From Thermoproteaceae archaeon (GTDB taxonomy: Archaea > Thermoproteota > Thermoprotei > Thermoproteales > Thermoproteaceae): 19,259 nucleotides of DNA. Position 1 is the stretch's first letter. Each line of letters opens with the position of its first letter. Both the position numbers and the translations under genes were made by a program. The DNA is taken from assembly GCA_020833025.1 (NCBI GenBank), contig JAJHRB010000025.1:1-19259 (forward strand). Reading direction: 5' to 3'. This document shows positions 1 through 7,608 of this stretch, piece by piece. The notes under the pieces are model-generated. The model was not told the origin of the DNA, did not search any database, and saw only the letters and a program-made list of their open reading frames with translations.

Positions 1-11
1 CTTAGTGCGGC

Positions 12-1505
12 ATGCGCATGGTGCGCGCGGGCGCCGCGCCGGCGCTGCATGGCGCGAGGCTCCTCGCGATTGCCGCCGCTGCTGTAGCCCTGGCCCTCGC
101 GACGTGGGCCGTCTACACGTGGCCCGTGACGGTGCAGTACTTCCCGACGTATGCCGTGACGTATAGCAAGGGCCTCTGGCAGGGCTTCGAGCTCGAGGTC
201 GTCAACGAGACCGGGCACCCGGTGCACTTCTGCGCCACCCTCTACGGCTGGCTGCCAAACGGCTCCTTCGTGAGAATCGGCTGGGGATGCGGCAGGGGCA
301 GCAAGGGCCTCGACCCGGGGCCCCTCAGGAGGTACGCTGAGGCGTGGAGGGACTACAGGGGCGTCGAGCCCGGCGTGATAGTCCTGCTCACGTACGTCAA
401 CGGCACGGACCACCGCGGGAGGCCAACGCTGGCGAGGGCGGCCAAGAGCTTTACCGTGCAGCCGGAGAGGGTTCTGAGGGGCGAGAGCGTGAGGGCAAGA
501 GTCGTGGTAAGGGGGAGTCCGCCGAGGGAGGGCGGGGGCGCTCCCGCGGCCGCCGTGGTGCAGAGCGGCTGGCCGCCGGGCAGGATAATGGACCCGCGCG
601 ACTGCATCCCCCTCAGTTATGACGCCCTTTACTGTTACGAGTGGTGGCTCGACGCGGTCAACTACAGCGCCCTCGACGCGAGGGTGCCAACCGTGGCGGC
701 AAGGATAAAGACTGCATCTGAAGCGTACAAGGTAAGCATCGTCGTGCTGACCTTTGGCGTAGATGCCACTACGAGCGCCGCCGTTTACTTCAGCGCCAGC
801 GCGGCCATATCCGGCAGCGGTGCCTCCGTCAGCTACTCGCAGGACATATATGCAGTGGTGCTTAGCAACAGCAAGATCAAGAACGACACCAGTACGTGGC
901 AGCTGGGAATATTCGAGCCGCGGAGGCTGGGACCCGGTGTGTACGTGGTAGGCTTTTACGGCGATGTCGCCATGGCTCGGTACAAGGAATGCGTCGTGGT
1001 TTACTTTGCGGGCGGTGCGTACGACTACTACGAGACGGGGTACGTCGCCGACATGTACCTAGCGAGGCCGAGCGCGTCCAGAATGCAGAGAGGGGTCCTG
1101 GCGCTGTTTGAGGGCGTGGACTGGGGGCCCACTGACGATTACAGCTACAGCCGGATGTTCAACTTGATAGAGAGCAAGTGGAACTACAATACTCAGTCCA
1201 ACCCTGTAGCCGTAAATATAAACTCTTGGGTTGCGGCTAGCGAGGTCAGCGGCAAACTTGAAATCTCAATAGGCGTGCCCCTGCTGCCAGGCCTCACCAT
1301 TACCAATGTGAATGTCAACCTGGCGTTCTCAGTAGGCTCGGAGTTAAAGGAGTACGCGTATGCATACGTGGTCGCCGCCTTGTATGATGACTATCGGTAT
1401 TACTACCGCATTCACGGCAGGTACTACTACTCCAACGCCACGTTCGAGTTCCAGGGCGGCTACTACCGCATACCGTCAATCTTCGTCGACATATCCGTGA
1501 GCTGA
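12..1505 (+). CDS. Secreted or membrane-anchored glycoprotein of unknown function (497 aa)
   Basis: Long ORF. N-terminal hydrophobic segment LLAIAAAAVALALATWAVY and six N-x-S/T sequons (NET, NGS, NGT, NYS, NDT, NAT). A Gly/Pro/Ala linker (GSPPREGGGAPAAA) precedes a Tyr/Ser/Val-rich, beta-like C-terminal region. The start could be ATG 12 or ATG 18. Confidence 0.75.
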   Translation: MRMVRAGAAPALHGARLLAIAAAAVALALATWAVYTWPVTVQYFPTYAVTYSKGLWQGFELEVVNETGHPVHFCATLYGWLPNGSFVRIGWGCGRGSKGLDPGPLRRYAEAWRDYRGVEPGVIVLLTYVNGTDHRGRPTLARAAKSFTVQPERVLRGESVRARVVVRGSPPREGGGAPAAAVVQSGWPPGRIMDPRDCIPLSYDALYCYEWWLDAVNYSALDARVPTVAARIKTASEAYKVSIVVLTFGVDATTSAAVYFSASAAISGSGASVSYSQDIYAVVLSNSKIKNDTSTWQLGIFEPRRLGPGVYVVGFYGDVAMARYKECVVVYFAGGAYDYYETGYVADMYLARPSASRMQRGVLALFEGVDWGPTDDYSYSRMFNLIESKWNYNTQSNPVAVNINSWVAASEVSGKLEISIGVPLLPGLTITNVNVNLAFSVGSELKEYAYAYVVAALYDDYRYYYRIHGRYYYSNATFEFQGGYYRIPSIFVDISVS

Positions 1506-1537
1506 GCCGGGCTTGGAGGGCTGGCCCAACCCGCGCG

Positions 1538-1560
1538 CCTTTTTCCGTTCCTGGTTTTCC
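1538..1560 (+). terminator. Candidate oligo-T/pyrimidine-rich archaeal terminator
   Basis: T5 (1540-1544) and T4 (1555-1558) in a pyrimidine tract about 35 nt after the stop at 1505. Confidence 0.4.
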
Positions 1561-1594
1561 GCCGCCCTTACCGCCGCCCGGAACGCGGGCAAGG

Positions 1595-1600
1595 CATAAA
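1595..1600 (+). promoter_or_regulatory. TATA-like box for the PaREP1 gene
   Basis: CATAAA, 21 nt before GTG 1622, with purines upstream. Confidence 0.5.
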
Positions 1601-1621
1601 GAGGATTCATGGCCCCTTACC

Positions 1622-2032
1622 GTGGAGGCGAGAGTCAAGATTTACCTCGAGGACGCGAGGAAGTTCCTCGAGGAGGCCGAGCAGGAGCTCGCGGAGGGCG
1701 TGAGGGAGTCAAGCGCGGTGAAGATACGCGACGCGGCTGAGAAGGCGTGGAACGCCGTAGTCCAGGCGACAAACGCGCTTATCTTGAGGCTGCTGGGCAA
1801 GGTGCCGTCAAGCCACTTCGAGAGGAGGAAGATGCTGACGAGGCTGGAGGAGCTTTACCCCGAGGTGGAGAGGCTTGGGCTCAGGGACAGGTACTCGGCG
1901 AGGGAGAGAAACCTCCACGAGCTGGTGTTTTACGAAGGCATAATCGACGTCGAGGAGGTAAGGAAGGAGCTTGAGAAGGCGAGAAGGTACGTGGACGACG
2001 TGGAGAGACTGCTCGCCCTCTCCCGCGGCTGA
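1622..2032 (+). CDS. PaREP1-family (HEPN superfamily) protein
   Basis: Helical pattern YLEDARKFLEEAEQEL...DAAEKAWNAV..ATNAL typical of PaREP1/HEPN. R-x4-H motif RERNLH at 1901-1918. Confidence 0.85.
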   Translation: MEARVKIYLEDARKFLEEAEQELAEGVRESSAVKIRDAAEKAWNAVVQATNALILRLLGKVPSSHFERRKMLTRLEELYPEVERLGLRDRYSARERNLHELVFYEGIIDVEEVRKELEKARRYVDDVERLLALSRG

Positions 2033-2045
2033 CCTCCCAGCCGCC

Positions 2046-3902
2046 TTACCACGCGGCGAATATCCGCTTTACCTCCTCCCACGGGATGGGGGAGCCCTTA
2101 CCCTCCTCCAGCACTCTGGACGGCCCGGGGAGCGCCGCGGCGATCTCGTCCGCGCTGCAGCCCTCCCACCTCCCCGCCAGCTCCCTGGCCAGCCTCCCCC
2201 TCTCCACGTTGCCGGGGGCGAGCACGACGTAGCGCTCGGCGAGGAGCGGGGCAGACTGGGGCGGCGCGGCGACCACTCTGCAAACGCCGCCGTCTCTTCT
2301 GCAGCCGACCGCCAGCTCCACTCTCACGCCCCTGACGTACTCTCTCTTGCCGTACACCATGAACGAGCCCCTCGCCAGGTACTGCCCGGCCGGGGCCTGC
2401 TTCGACACCTGCTCCCCGCGGGCGTAGAACACGTCAATTGCGTGCAGCCCCATCCTCCACGCCCTGCTGTAGGCTGCGGCGAACTGCGCGGCTTGCAATA
2501 TCTCCAGCGGGTCGTCAATCGGCGGCGAGACGACGACGGACGCCCCCGGTATGTCTGCGTGGAAGAACAGATAGTGATCCTTCAGGTACCTCCTTACGAC
2601 CACCTCGTTCTGGGACGCGTCCCTCCCGCCTATCACGGGCCTCCTGCCTGCGGTTACGGTCCAGTGGAACTTCTCGAACCAGCTCCTCTCCGCGACAGCC
2701 CTGACAGCGTCTCTCACCCTCTTCTTGATGCGCTCTATCTCCGCGCTTAGCGACTCGAGCTCTTCTTCCAGCCTCTTCAGGGCCTGCTCGGCCCTCGCGG
2801 CCTTCCCCTCTAGCTCCCTCGCCCTATTGAACATCTCGGAGATCTGCCTGCCGAGCGGCACGTCGCGCCTGATCTCTACTTGCTCGCCGCCGGGGAGCTT
2901 TATCTTGATAGACTTGCCGTATACGTGTACGACACGTACACTTGCCTCCGAGCCTCCGAGCGCTTCCTCGATCTCACTTTTGTACATCAGGAGCTTGTGA
3001 GCCGTCGACTTCAGGCGCCCTGCCTCTCCCCTGAGCTCAGGAATTCTCTCCCTGAGCTCCGCAATCGTTGCCTCGAGCCTCTTGCGCCTCTGCTCTGCAT
3101 CCTGAGAGCTCCGCGCTGCCGCGAGCTCTAGCTCGAGGGGCCCGAAATAAAAGTCGAGCGCGGCCCAGAAGTGCTCGAACTGCCTCACCTCGTCGCACTG
3201 CAGGTGAGCGGGCCTTATTGGCATCACGGTCACGGGCACTCCCTCCTTAGTGCAGACGGAGGGCTCAAGCGCGCCCGACCTCACCCTGTCGACGATTGCC
3301 TTGAGCTCCTCGGCGATTGCCCCCGGGGACGCGCCCGCACGCGCCACTAGCTCCTCTGCCAGGTCGGGCCCCGTCCCGAGCCGCCGGACTAAGCTCCTCT
3401 TCAGGTCGCCCGGGTCTATCGCCCTCTCTATCTCGCTGATCTCCGCGCTCAGCAGATCCACGAAGGCCGCGGGGGGGTGCGCGTAGGGCACGCCGGGCCT
3501 CAGCTCCCTGCCCCTCCCCCTGTAGCTGTGCAGTAGCCACACTACTCTGCCCTCCCGCACAGCAATCACGTTGAACGGCTCCACGAGCTCGACCACGAGC
3601 CTCCCGGAGTAGAGTTCGAACTCGACAACGCGGTCAAATCTCGGCATTGAAACTCTCACTAGCCTCGCTCCCCTGAATAGCCCTCTGAGAGTCTCGGCGC
3701 CCCTGTGGGTCCTCTCCGGGACGATGCCGGTCAGCGACACCCTGAACTTCGTTACCGCCACGAGCCCGGAGGAGAGCTTGAGGAGGAGCCCCGCGCCGCT
3801 TCTATACACGTTCTCGACGCGGCTGCCTTGAAGTCCCGACATTTCCGCCACTGACGCCAGGAGGTCGAGAGGGGAGAGCACTCTCTTAGTCCTCAGGGAC
3901 AT
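2046..3902 (-). CDS. rqcH: NFACT/FbpA-family ribosome quality control protein (RqcH/Rqc2 homologue)
   Basis: N-terminal RFDRVVEF...LVVELV, HhH-like LGTGPDLAEE and a central coiled coil. NFACT-R motifs WFEKFHW, GGRDASQNE, FFHADIPGAS, QVSKQAPAGQYLARGSFMVYGKREY. Confidence 0.92.
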   Translation of the reverse strand: MSLRTKRVLSPLDLLASVAEMSGLQGSRVENVYRSGAGLLLKLSSGLVAVTKFRVSLTGIVPERTHRGAETLRGLFRGARLVRVSMPRFDRVVEFELYSGRLVVELVEPFNVIAVREGRVVWLLHSYRGRGRELRPGVPYAHPPAAFVDLLSAEISEIERAIDPGDLKRSLVRRLGTGPDLAEELVARAGASPGAIAEELKAIVDRVRSGALEPSVCTKEGVPVTVMPIRPAHLQCDEVRQFEHFWAALDFYFGPLELELAAARSSQDAEQRRKRLEATIAELRERIPELRGEAGRLKSTAHKLLMYKSEIEEALGGSEASVRVVHVYGKSIKIKLPGGEQVEIRRDVPLGRQISEMFNRARELEGKAARAEQALKRLEEELESLSAEIERIKKRVRDAVRAVAERSWFEKFHWTVTAGRRPVIGGRDASQNEVVVRRYLKDHYLFFHADIPGASVVVSPPIDDPLEILQAAQFAAAYSRAWRMGLHAIDVFYARGEQVSKQAPAGQYLARGSFMVYGKREYVRGVRVELAVGCRRDGGVCRVVAAPPQSAPLLAERYVVLAPGNVERGRLARELAGRWEGCSADEIAAALPGPSRVLEEGKGSPIPWEEVKRIFAAW

Positions 3903-3908
3903 CTGGCT

Positions 3909-3962
3909 AGTCAGCCCGTCCGTCGCAAATCACGGGCTCATCCACCAACGCTGTCATCACTC
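3909..3962 (-). ncRNA. Box C/D methylation-guide sRNA (sRNA-A)
   Basis: Minus strand: C GTGATGA (3960-3954), guide CAGCGTTGGTGG (12 nt), D' ATGA (3941-3938), GCCC, C' GTGATTT (3933-3927), guide GCGACGGACGGG (12 nt), D CTGA (3914-3911). It fills the gap between two CDSs. Confidence 0.85.
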
Positions 3963-4758
3963 ACTCGCGCTTCCAGCTGAGCAGTATGCCTATGTTGCTC
4001 GTCAGCTTTATCTTCATCTTGCTCCGCTCCAGGAGCTGCGGGAGCCCGGCCCTCGGCGGCGGCCCGCCGTAGTAGAAGTATATGTAGCCGATGTCCTCCG
4101 GATTCACGCCGAGGGCGCTGGCAGTCGCGGCGTCAATCTCGGCGCAGTTGTCCCCTACGACAGTCACGCCCCAGTAGCGCTGGAAGCCCTTGATCGGCCC
4201 GTCCCCTTCGATCACAAACTTCCCGTCGACAAGGCACAGGGTATTCCTCTCGAGCTTGTATATGTCCGCTATGAGCTTGTACAGCGCTCTGAGGCCCTCG
4301 TAGAGGCTCTGCACGTCCTTCGGCATGAGCACGTGGAGCGCGGCGGTGGGCATTGTTAGATACAGTATTATCTGCGGGTGGCTCACCGGAATCGCCACGA
4401 CGATCTTGGTCAGCGACTCGTCAAACGCGGCCTCCAGCGCCCTCACCGCGATTTTCGCGCCTGCGGGCGTCTCTAGCTCCAGCTTGTAGTTAGCCTGCTG
4501 GTAGGGCCTGATTATCCTGGCGCCGTACCTCGCGGCGAGCTTCTCGAGCCCCGTTATCTTCAGTGCCTTCTCGAAGTACGCCTTTGGCATTGAGAACGTT
4601 ATCGACACGTCCCTCCCTTGAAGGCTGCGGAGAATAGGCTCGAGGAACTCGAGCCGCGGGTTAGCCTGCGAGGGTATGTAGCTGTGGACTGCCAGCACCA
4701 CGAGGGCGTCCCTCCTCGGTATTGGCAGCTCGGCATCTGCGGGATAGGCCTCTATCAT
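3961..4758 (-). CDS. DUF362-like protein (divergent)
   Basis: The C-terminal pattern LVDGKFVIEGDGPIKG...VVGDNCAEIDAATASALGVNPEDIGYI matches the DUF362 C-terminal half. ATG 4758 is preferred to GTG 4761 because it lies 21 nt from the TAAA element at 4783-4780. Confidence 0.7.
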   Translation of the reverse strand: MIEAYPADAELPIPRRDALVVLAVHSYIPSQANPRLEFLEPILRSLQGRDVSITFSMPKAYFEKALKITGLEKLAARYGARIIRPYQQANYKLELETPAGAKIAVRALEAAFDESLTKIVVAIPVSHPQIILYLTMPTAALHVLMPKDVQSLYEGLRALYKLIADIYKLERNTLCLVDGKFVIEGDGPIKGFQRYWGVTVVGDNCAEIDAATASALGVNPEDIGYIYFYYGGPPPRAGLPQLLERSKMKIKLTSNIGILLSWKRE

Positions 4759-4849
4759 CACGCGACAGCGCAGTGCGGCTTTACAACCTTATCGCCGCCC
4801 GGCCGCGCTGGCTCTGCAGCACGAGCACAGCCCCGGCGCTCCCGGAGCC

Positions 4850-6094
4850 CTAAAACCCGTGCGCGCGGGGATCTACCGGCTTTACCAGCTCGCGGAGCAG
4901 CACGGTGGCATAACTCCCTCTCGGCAGCGTGAATTGCAGCCTCACGGCGCCGCCCTCAATGCAGTACGCGAAGTCCCTGAGCTCGAGCCTCGCGCGCCTG
5001 TAGCTCCCGTAGGCCCTCAGGCCCCGCGGCAGTCTCAAGAAGGCAGGCGCGTCAACGCCGAGCTCCCTAAGCACGCGCGCCAGCGCGCTGCCGACGCGCC
5101 CCGATGGCATTCTAATCCCGGCGCCGACGAGGGGGAGCACGACGTTGCCCTCAAGATCCCCGGCGTAGTACGTCACCTGCCCCCCGACCTCTACCAAGTC
5201 CCCCTCGACCGGCAAGTCTAGGGGGCCGAGCTCCATGCGCCTTGACAGGAACAGGTTGAACACGTACGCCTGAAACGCCTCGACGTAGACTCTGAGTATC
5301 TGCAGCGGTATTGACATTATTGCGTTCCACCTGTCGCGGCCCCGCAGCAGGCTCCTGAGCACGGCCCGCTCCTCGATGAACTTTCCCGGGAATGCCTCCA
5401 GGGCCTTCCTGTAGTCCCCCCGGCACGCTAGCTCTCTCGCCCTCTTGGCGCTCTCCGACTCGCGGGGGAATACCCTGCAGAACATAACGTCAAGGAATCC
5501 ATCGGCGTCCCTCATGATGAGCGCCCTCCCCAGCAGGTGGCTCACGGGCCTCACGGTGCCAAAGCGCTGGTACCCGTAGTAATTGGGCAGCGGCGTCCTG
5601 AGGAGCAGCCGGAGGGCCTCCCGCGCGCAGCCCTCGCGCTCCACGCCCCTCACGACGATCGCGAACCTGTTACCGTAAATGTCCGAGGGCATTATTGGCC
5701 TGTCCATCGGCCACGCGCCGAGGTACTGCACGTTCGGGACTCTGGGCAGCCTCGACGCGTCGACCCCGCGAACCGATATTATCTGCGACGCCAGAGCCCT
5801 CGCGTCCTTGATACCGCCGACTGACACGTCTCTGCTGCCCAGCCCGAGGGCTCTCGCTATGCGCAGCGCGAGCTTCAGCGTGTCGACGTTCCGCTTGACG
5901 ACGTGGACCCACAGCCACTCGCCGACTCTCGGCGCAAGGCTCACTCCCGACACAGAGACCACGGTGCCGTCGGCGAGCACCTCCTCGACGATAAAGTCCT
6001 CCGGGCTTGCCTTGATGACGCCGCCTGCCGGGCACGTGTCAGTGGCGTAGTACAGCATGCCGAGCTCTCTGTCAAACGGCGGGGCCTCCAGCAC
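4850..6094 (-). CDS. truD: tRNA pseudouridine(13) synthase TruD
   Basis: PEDFIVEE, catalytic GIKDARA, PNYYGYQRFG, FTLPRGSYATVLLREL. Start moved from 6190 to in-frame GTG 6094, 20 nt from TTATAA, which removes the overlap with the endonuclease IV gene. Confidence 0.93.
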   Translation of the reverse strand: MLEAPPFDRELGMLYYATDTCPAGGVIKASPEDFIVEEVLADGTVVSVSGVSLAPRVGEWLWVHVVKRNVDTLKLALRIARALGLGSRDVSVGGIKDARALASQIISVRGVDASRLPRVPNVQYLGAWPMDRPIMPSDIYGNRFAIVVRGVEREGCAREALRLLLRTPLPNYYGYQRFGTVRPVSHLLGRALIMRDADGFLDVMFCRVFPRESESAKRARELACRGDYRKALEAFPGKFIEERAVLRSLLRGRDRWNAIMSIPLQILRVYVEAFQAYVFNLFLSRRMELGPLDLPVEGDLVEVGGQVTYYAGDLEGNVVLPLVGAGIRMPSGRVGSALARVLRELGVDAPAFLRLPRGLRAYGSYRRARLELRDFAYCIEGGAVRLQFTLPRGSYATVLLRELVKPVDPRAHGF

Positions 6095-6114
6095 GCCCCC
6101 GGCGGCATCTTCCG

Positions 6115-6120
6115 TTATAA
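6115..6120. promoter_or_regulatory. Palindromic TATA box shared by divergent truD and nfo
   Basis: TTATAA is its own reverse complement, lies exactly 20 nt from GTG 6094 (-) and 20 nt from GTG 6141 (+), and is the only AT-rich element in the gap. Confidence 0.7.
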
Positions 6121-6140
6121 CCCCTCGCGCGCGGTGCTGC

Positions 6141-6974
6141 GTGCCTAGAGTGTACCTGGGGCCCGCGGGCATTCCCAAGTACGTCGCCAAGGCCAGGGGT
6201 ACTCTCGACGCCGTGAGGGTCGTGAGGGAGGTGGGGCTGAACGCAATGGAGGTGGAGTTCGTGCAGGGAGTGAGAATGTCGAGAGAGCTGGCGAAGGAGG
6301 TGGGCAGGGCCGCCAGGGACTACGGCGTTAGGCTCTCGGTCCACGCCCCCTACTTCATAAATCTTTGCTCCGAGGAGGCAGACAAGGTCGAGAGGTCGAG
6401 GCAGAGAATTGTCGAGTCGCTCGACAGGGCCTACCACATGGAGGCGTGGATTGTCGTCGTCCACGCGGCGTACTACGGCGCGCTCGGCCCCGAGGAGTGC
6501 TACGACAGGGTGAGGCGGGAGCTAGAGCGCGCATACAGCGAGTCGGGAATAGGCTCGGGGGTGTACATAGGGGTTGAGACCACGGCGAGAGAGGGCCAGT
6601 TCGGGACGCTGGAGGAGGCCGTCAGGCTCGCCAAGGAGCTGCCGTTCGCGCTCCCGGTCATAGACTGGGCGCACTTATTCATCAGGGGCGGCGGGTCCGT
6701 GAATTACGGCAGCGTGCTCGACATGTGGACGAGAGAGTTCGGAGGCGCCCACATGCACACGCACTTCACCTGCGTCCGCTACTCTAGCGGCAAGTTCGTT
6801 GACGAGCACGAGCCGCTGGACTACGGCACGCCGCCCTTCGAGCCCCTCGCGAGAGAGCTGCAAGGCAGGGACGTCGTCATGACAATCATATCTGAGTCGC
6901 CGCTTCTCGAGAGGGACGCGCTCCTAATGAAGCAAGTTCTCGAGAAGTACGGCATTGCGCTGGCCGAGAGCTGA
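6141..6974 (+). CDS. nfo: Endonuclease IV (AP endonuclease family 2, TIM barrel)
   Basis: YLGPAG, SVHAPYFINL, VVVHAAY, ETTAREGQFGT, IDWAH, HTHF and DEHEPL metal-ligand motifs. Start reassigned from ATG 6057 to in-frame GTG 6141. Confidence 0.88.
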   Translation: MPRVYLGPAGIPKYVAKARGTLDAVRVVREVGLNAMEVEFVQGVRMSRELAKEVGRAARDYGVRLSVHAPYFINLCSEEADKVERSRQRIVESLDRAYHMEAWIVVVHAAYYGALGPEECYDRVRRELERAYSESGIGSGVYIGVETTAREGQFGTLEEAVRLAKELPFALPVIDWAHLFIRGGGSVNYGSVLDMWTREFGGAHMHTHFTCVRYSSGKFVDEHEPLDYGTPPFEPLARELQGRDVVMTIISESPLLERDALLMKQVLEKYGIALAES

Positions 6975-7050
6975 CCCCCGCGGCGCGGGGCCTGACTCCT
7001 GCCGTGCAGCGGGGCTCGGCACACTGCGGCCCAGCCCCGGCCGGCAGCCT

Positions 7051-7064
7051 GAAAAGGTATATAA
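7051..7064 (+). promoter_or_regulatory. BRE plus TATA promoter of uL14
   Basis: GAAAAGG followed by TATATAA (7058-7064), 21 nt before ATG 7086. Confidence 0.75.
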
Positions 7065-7085
7065 TTTCGCGCCGCGCTGAAAGGC

Positions 7086-7520
7086 ATGGCGAAGCGAGGT
7101 GGCAAGAGAGTTGTGGGAGTGTCTTACAGGTTTCACATAACGCCGGGCATCTTTGCGAACAGCCTAGTGCCTGTCGCTGACAACTCCGGGGCCAAGCTAG
7201 TGCGCGTTATAGGCGTTGCGGGTCACTACGCGAAGACCGTGCACAGGAGAATTCCTGGCGCCGCCGTCGGCGACATGGTCGTCGTTACTGTCAGGGAGGG
7301 CAAGCCGGAGCTGAGGAAACAGATATTCAGGGCTGTCGTGATCAGGCAGCGAAGGCCGTACAGGAGACCGGACGGCACGTGGATCGCATTTGAGGACAAC
7401 GCGGTTGTTCTCGTCACGCCGGAGGGCGACCCGAAGGGCTCTGAAATTCACGGGCCCGTTGCGCTGGAGGCCGCGCTGCGCTGGCCGCCGATTGCCAACA
7501 TAGCGTCAATAATTGTTTAG
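7086..7520 (+). CDS. rpl14: 50S ribosomal protein uL14
   Basis: [53 protein letters not shown]. Confidence 0.97.
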   Translation: MAKRGGKRVVGVSYRFHITPGIFANSLVPVADNSGAKLVRVIGVAGHYAKTVHRRIPGAAVGDMVVVTVREGKPELRKQIFRAVVIRQRRPYRRPDGTWIAFEDNAVVLVTPEGDPKGSEIHGPVALEAALRWPPIANIASIIV

Positions 7521-7581
7521 AGCCCCCAGCGGAAATTTCACAAAACCCTCTCACTCGCGGGCCGGGGCATAAACGCTGCGC

Positions 7582-7587
7582 TTAAAT
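7582..7587 (+). promoter_or_regulatory. TATA-like box
   Basis: TTAAAT, 21 nt before ATG 7609. Confidence 0.55.
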
Positions 7588-7608
7588 TGCACGCCGGAGT
7601 CTCGGTCG

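Noticed and set aside
4755-4761. GTGATGA (perfect C box) on the minus strand
   Set aside because: It is the GTG-ATG start of the DUF362 gene, with no properly spaced C'/D boxes downstream.
5514-5520. ATGATGA C-box matches here and at 1384-1390
   Set aside because: Both are inside CDSs (antisense to truD; Tyr-Asp-Asp codons) without D boxes at guide distance.
6057-6190. ORF-track starts for truD (6190) and nfo (6057), implying a 134-nt head-to-head overlap
   Set aside because: In-frame GTGs at 6094 and 6141 flank a shared TATA box symmetrically, and the extra N-terminal residues look non-protein-like.
6976-6990. Perfect inverted repeat CCCCGCG-G-CGCGGGG just after the nfo stop
   Set aside because: A short all-GC palindrome is likely by chance at this GC content, has no T-tract, and archaeal termination does not need hairpins.
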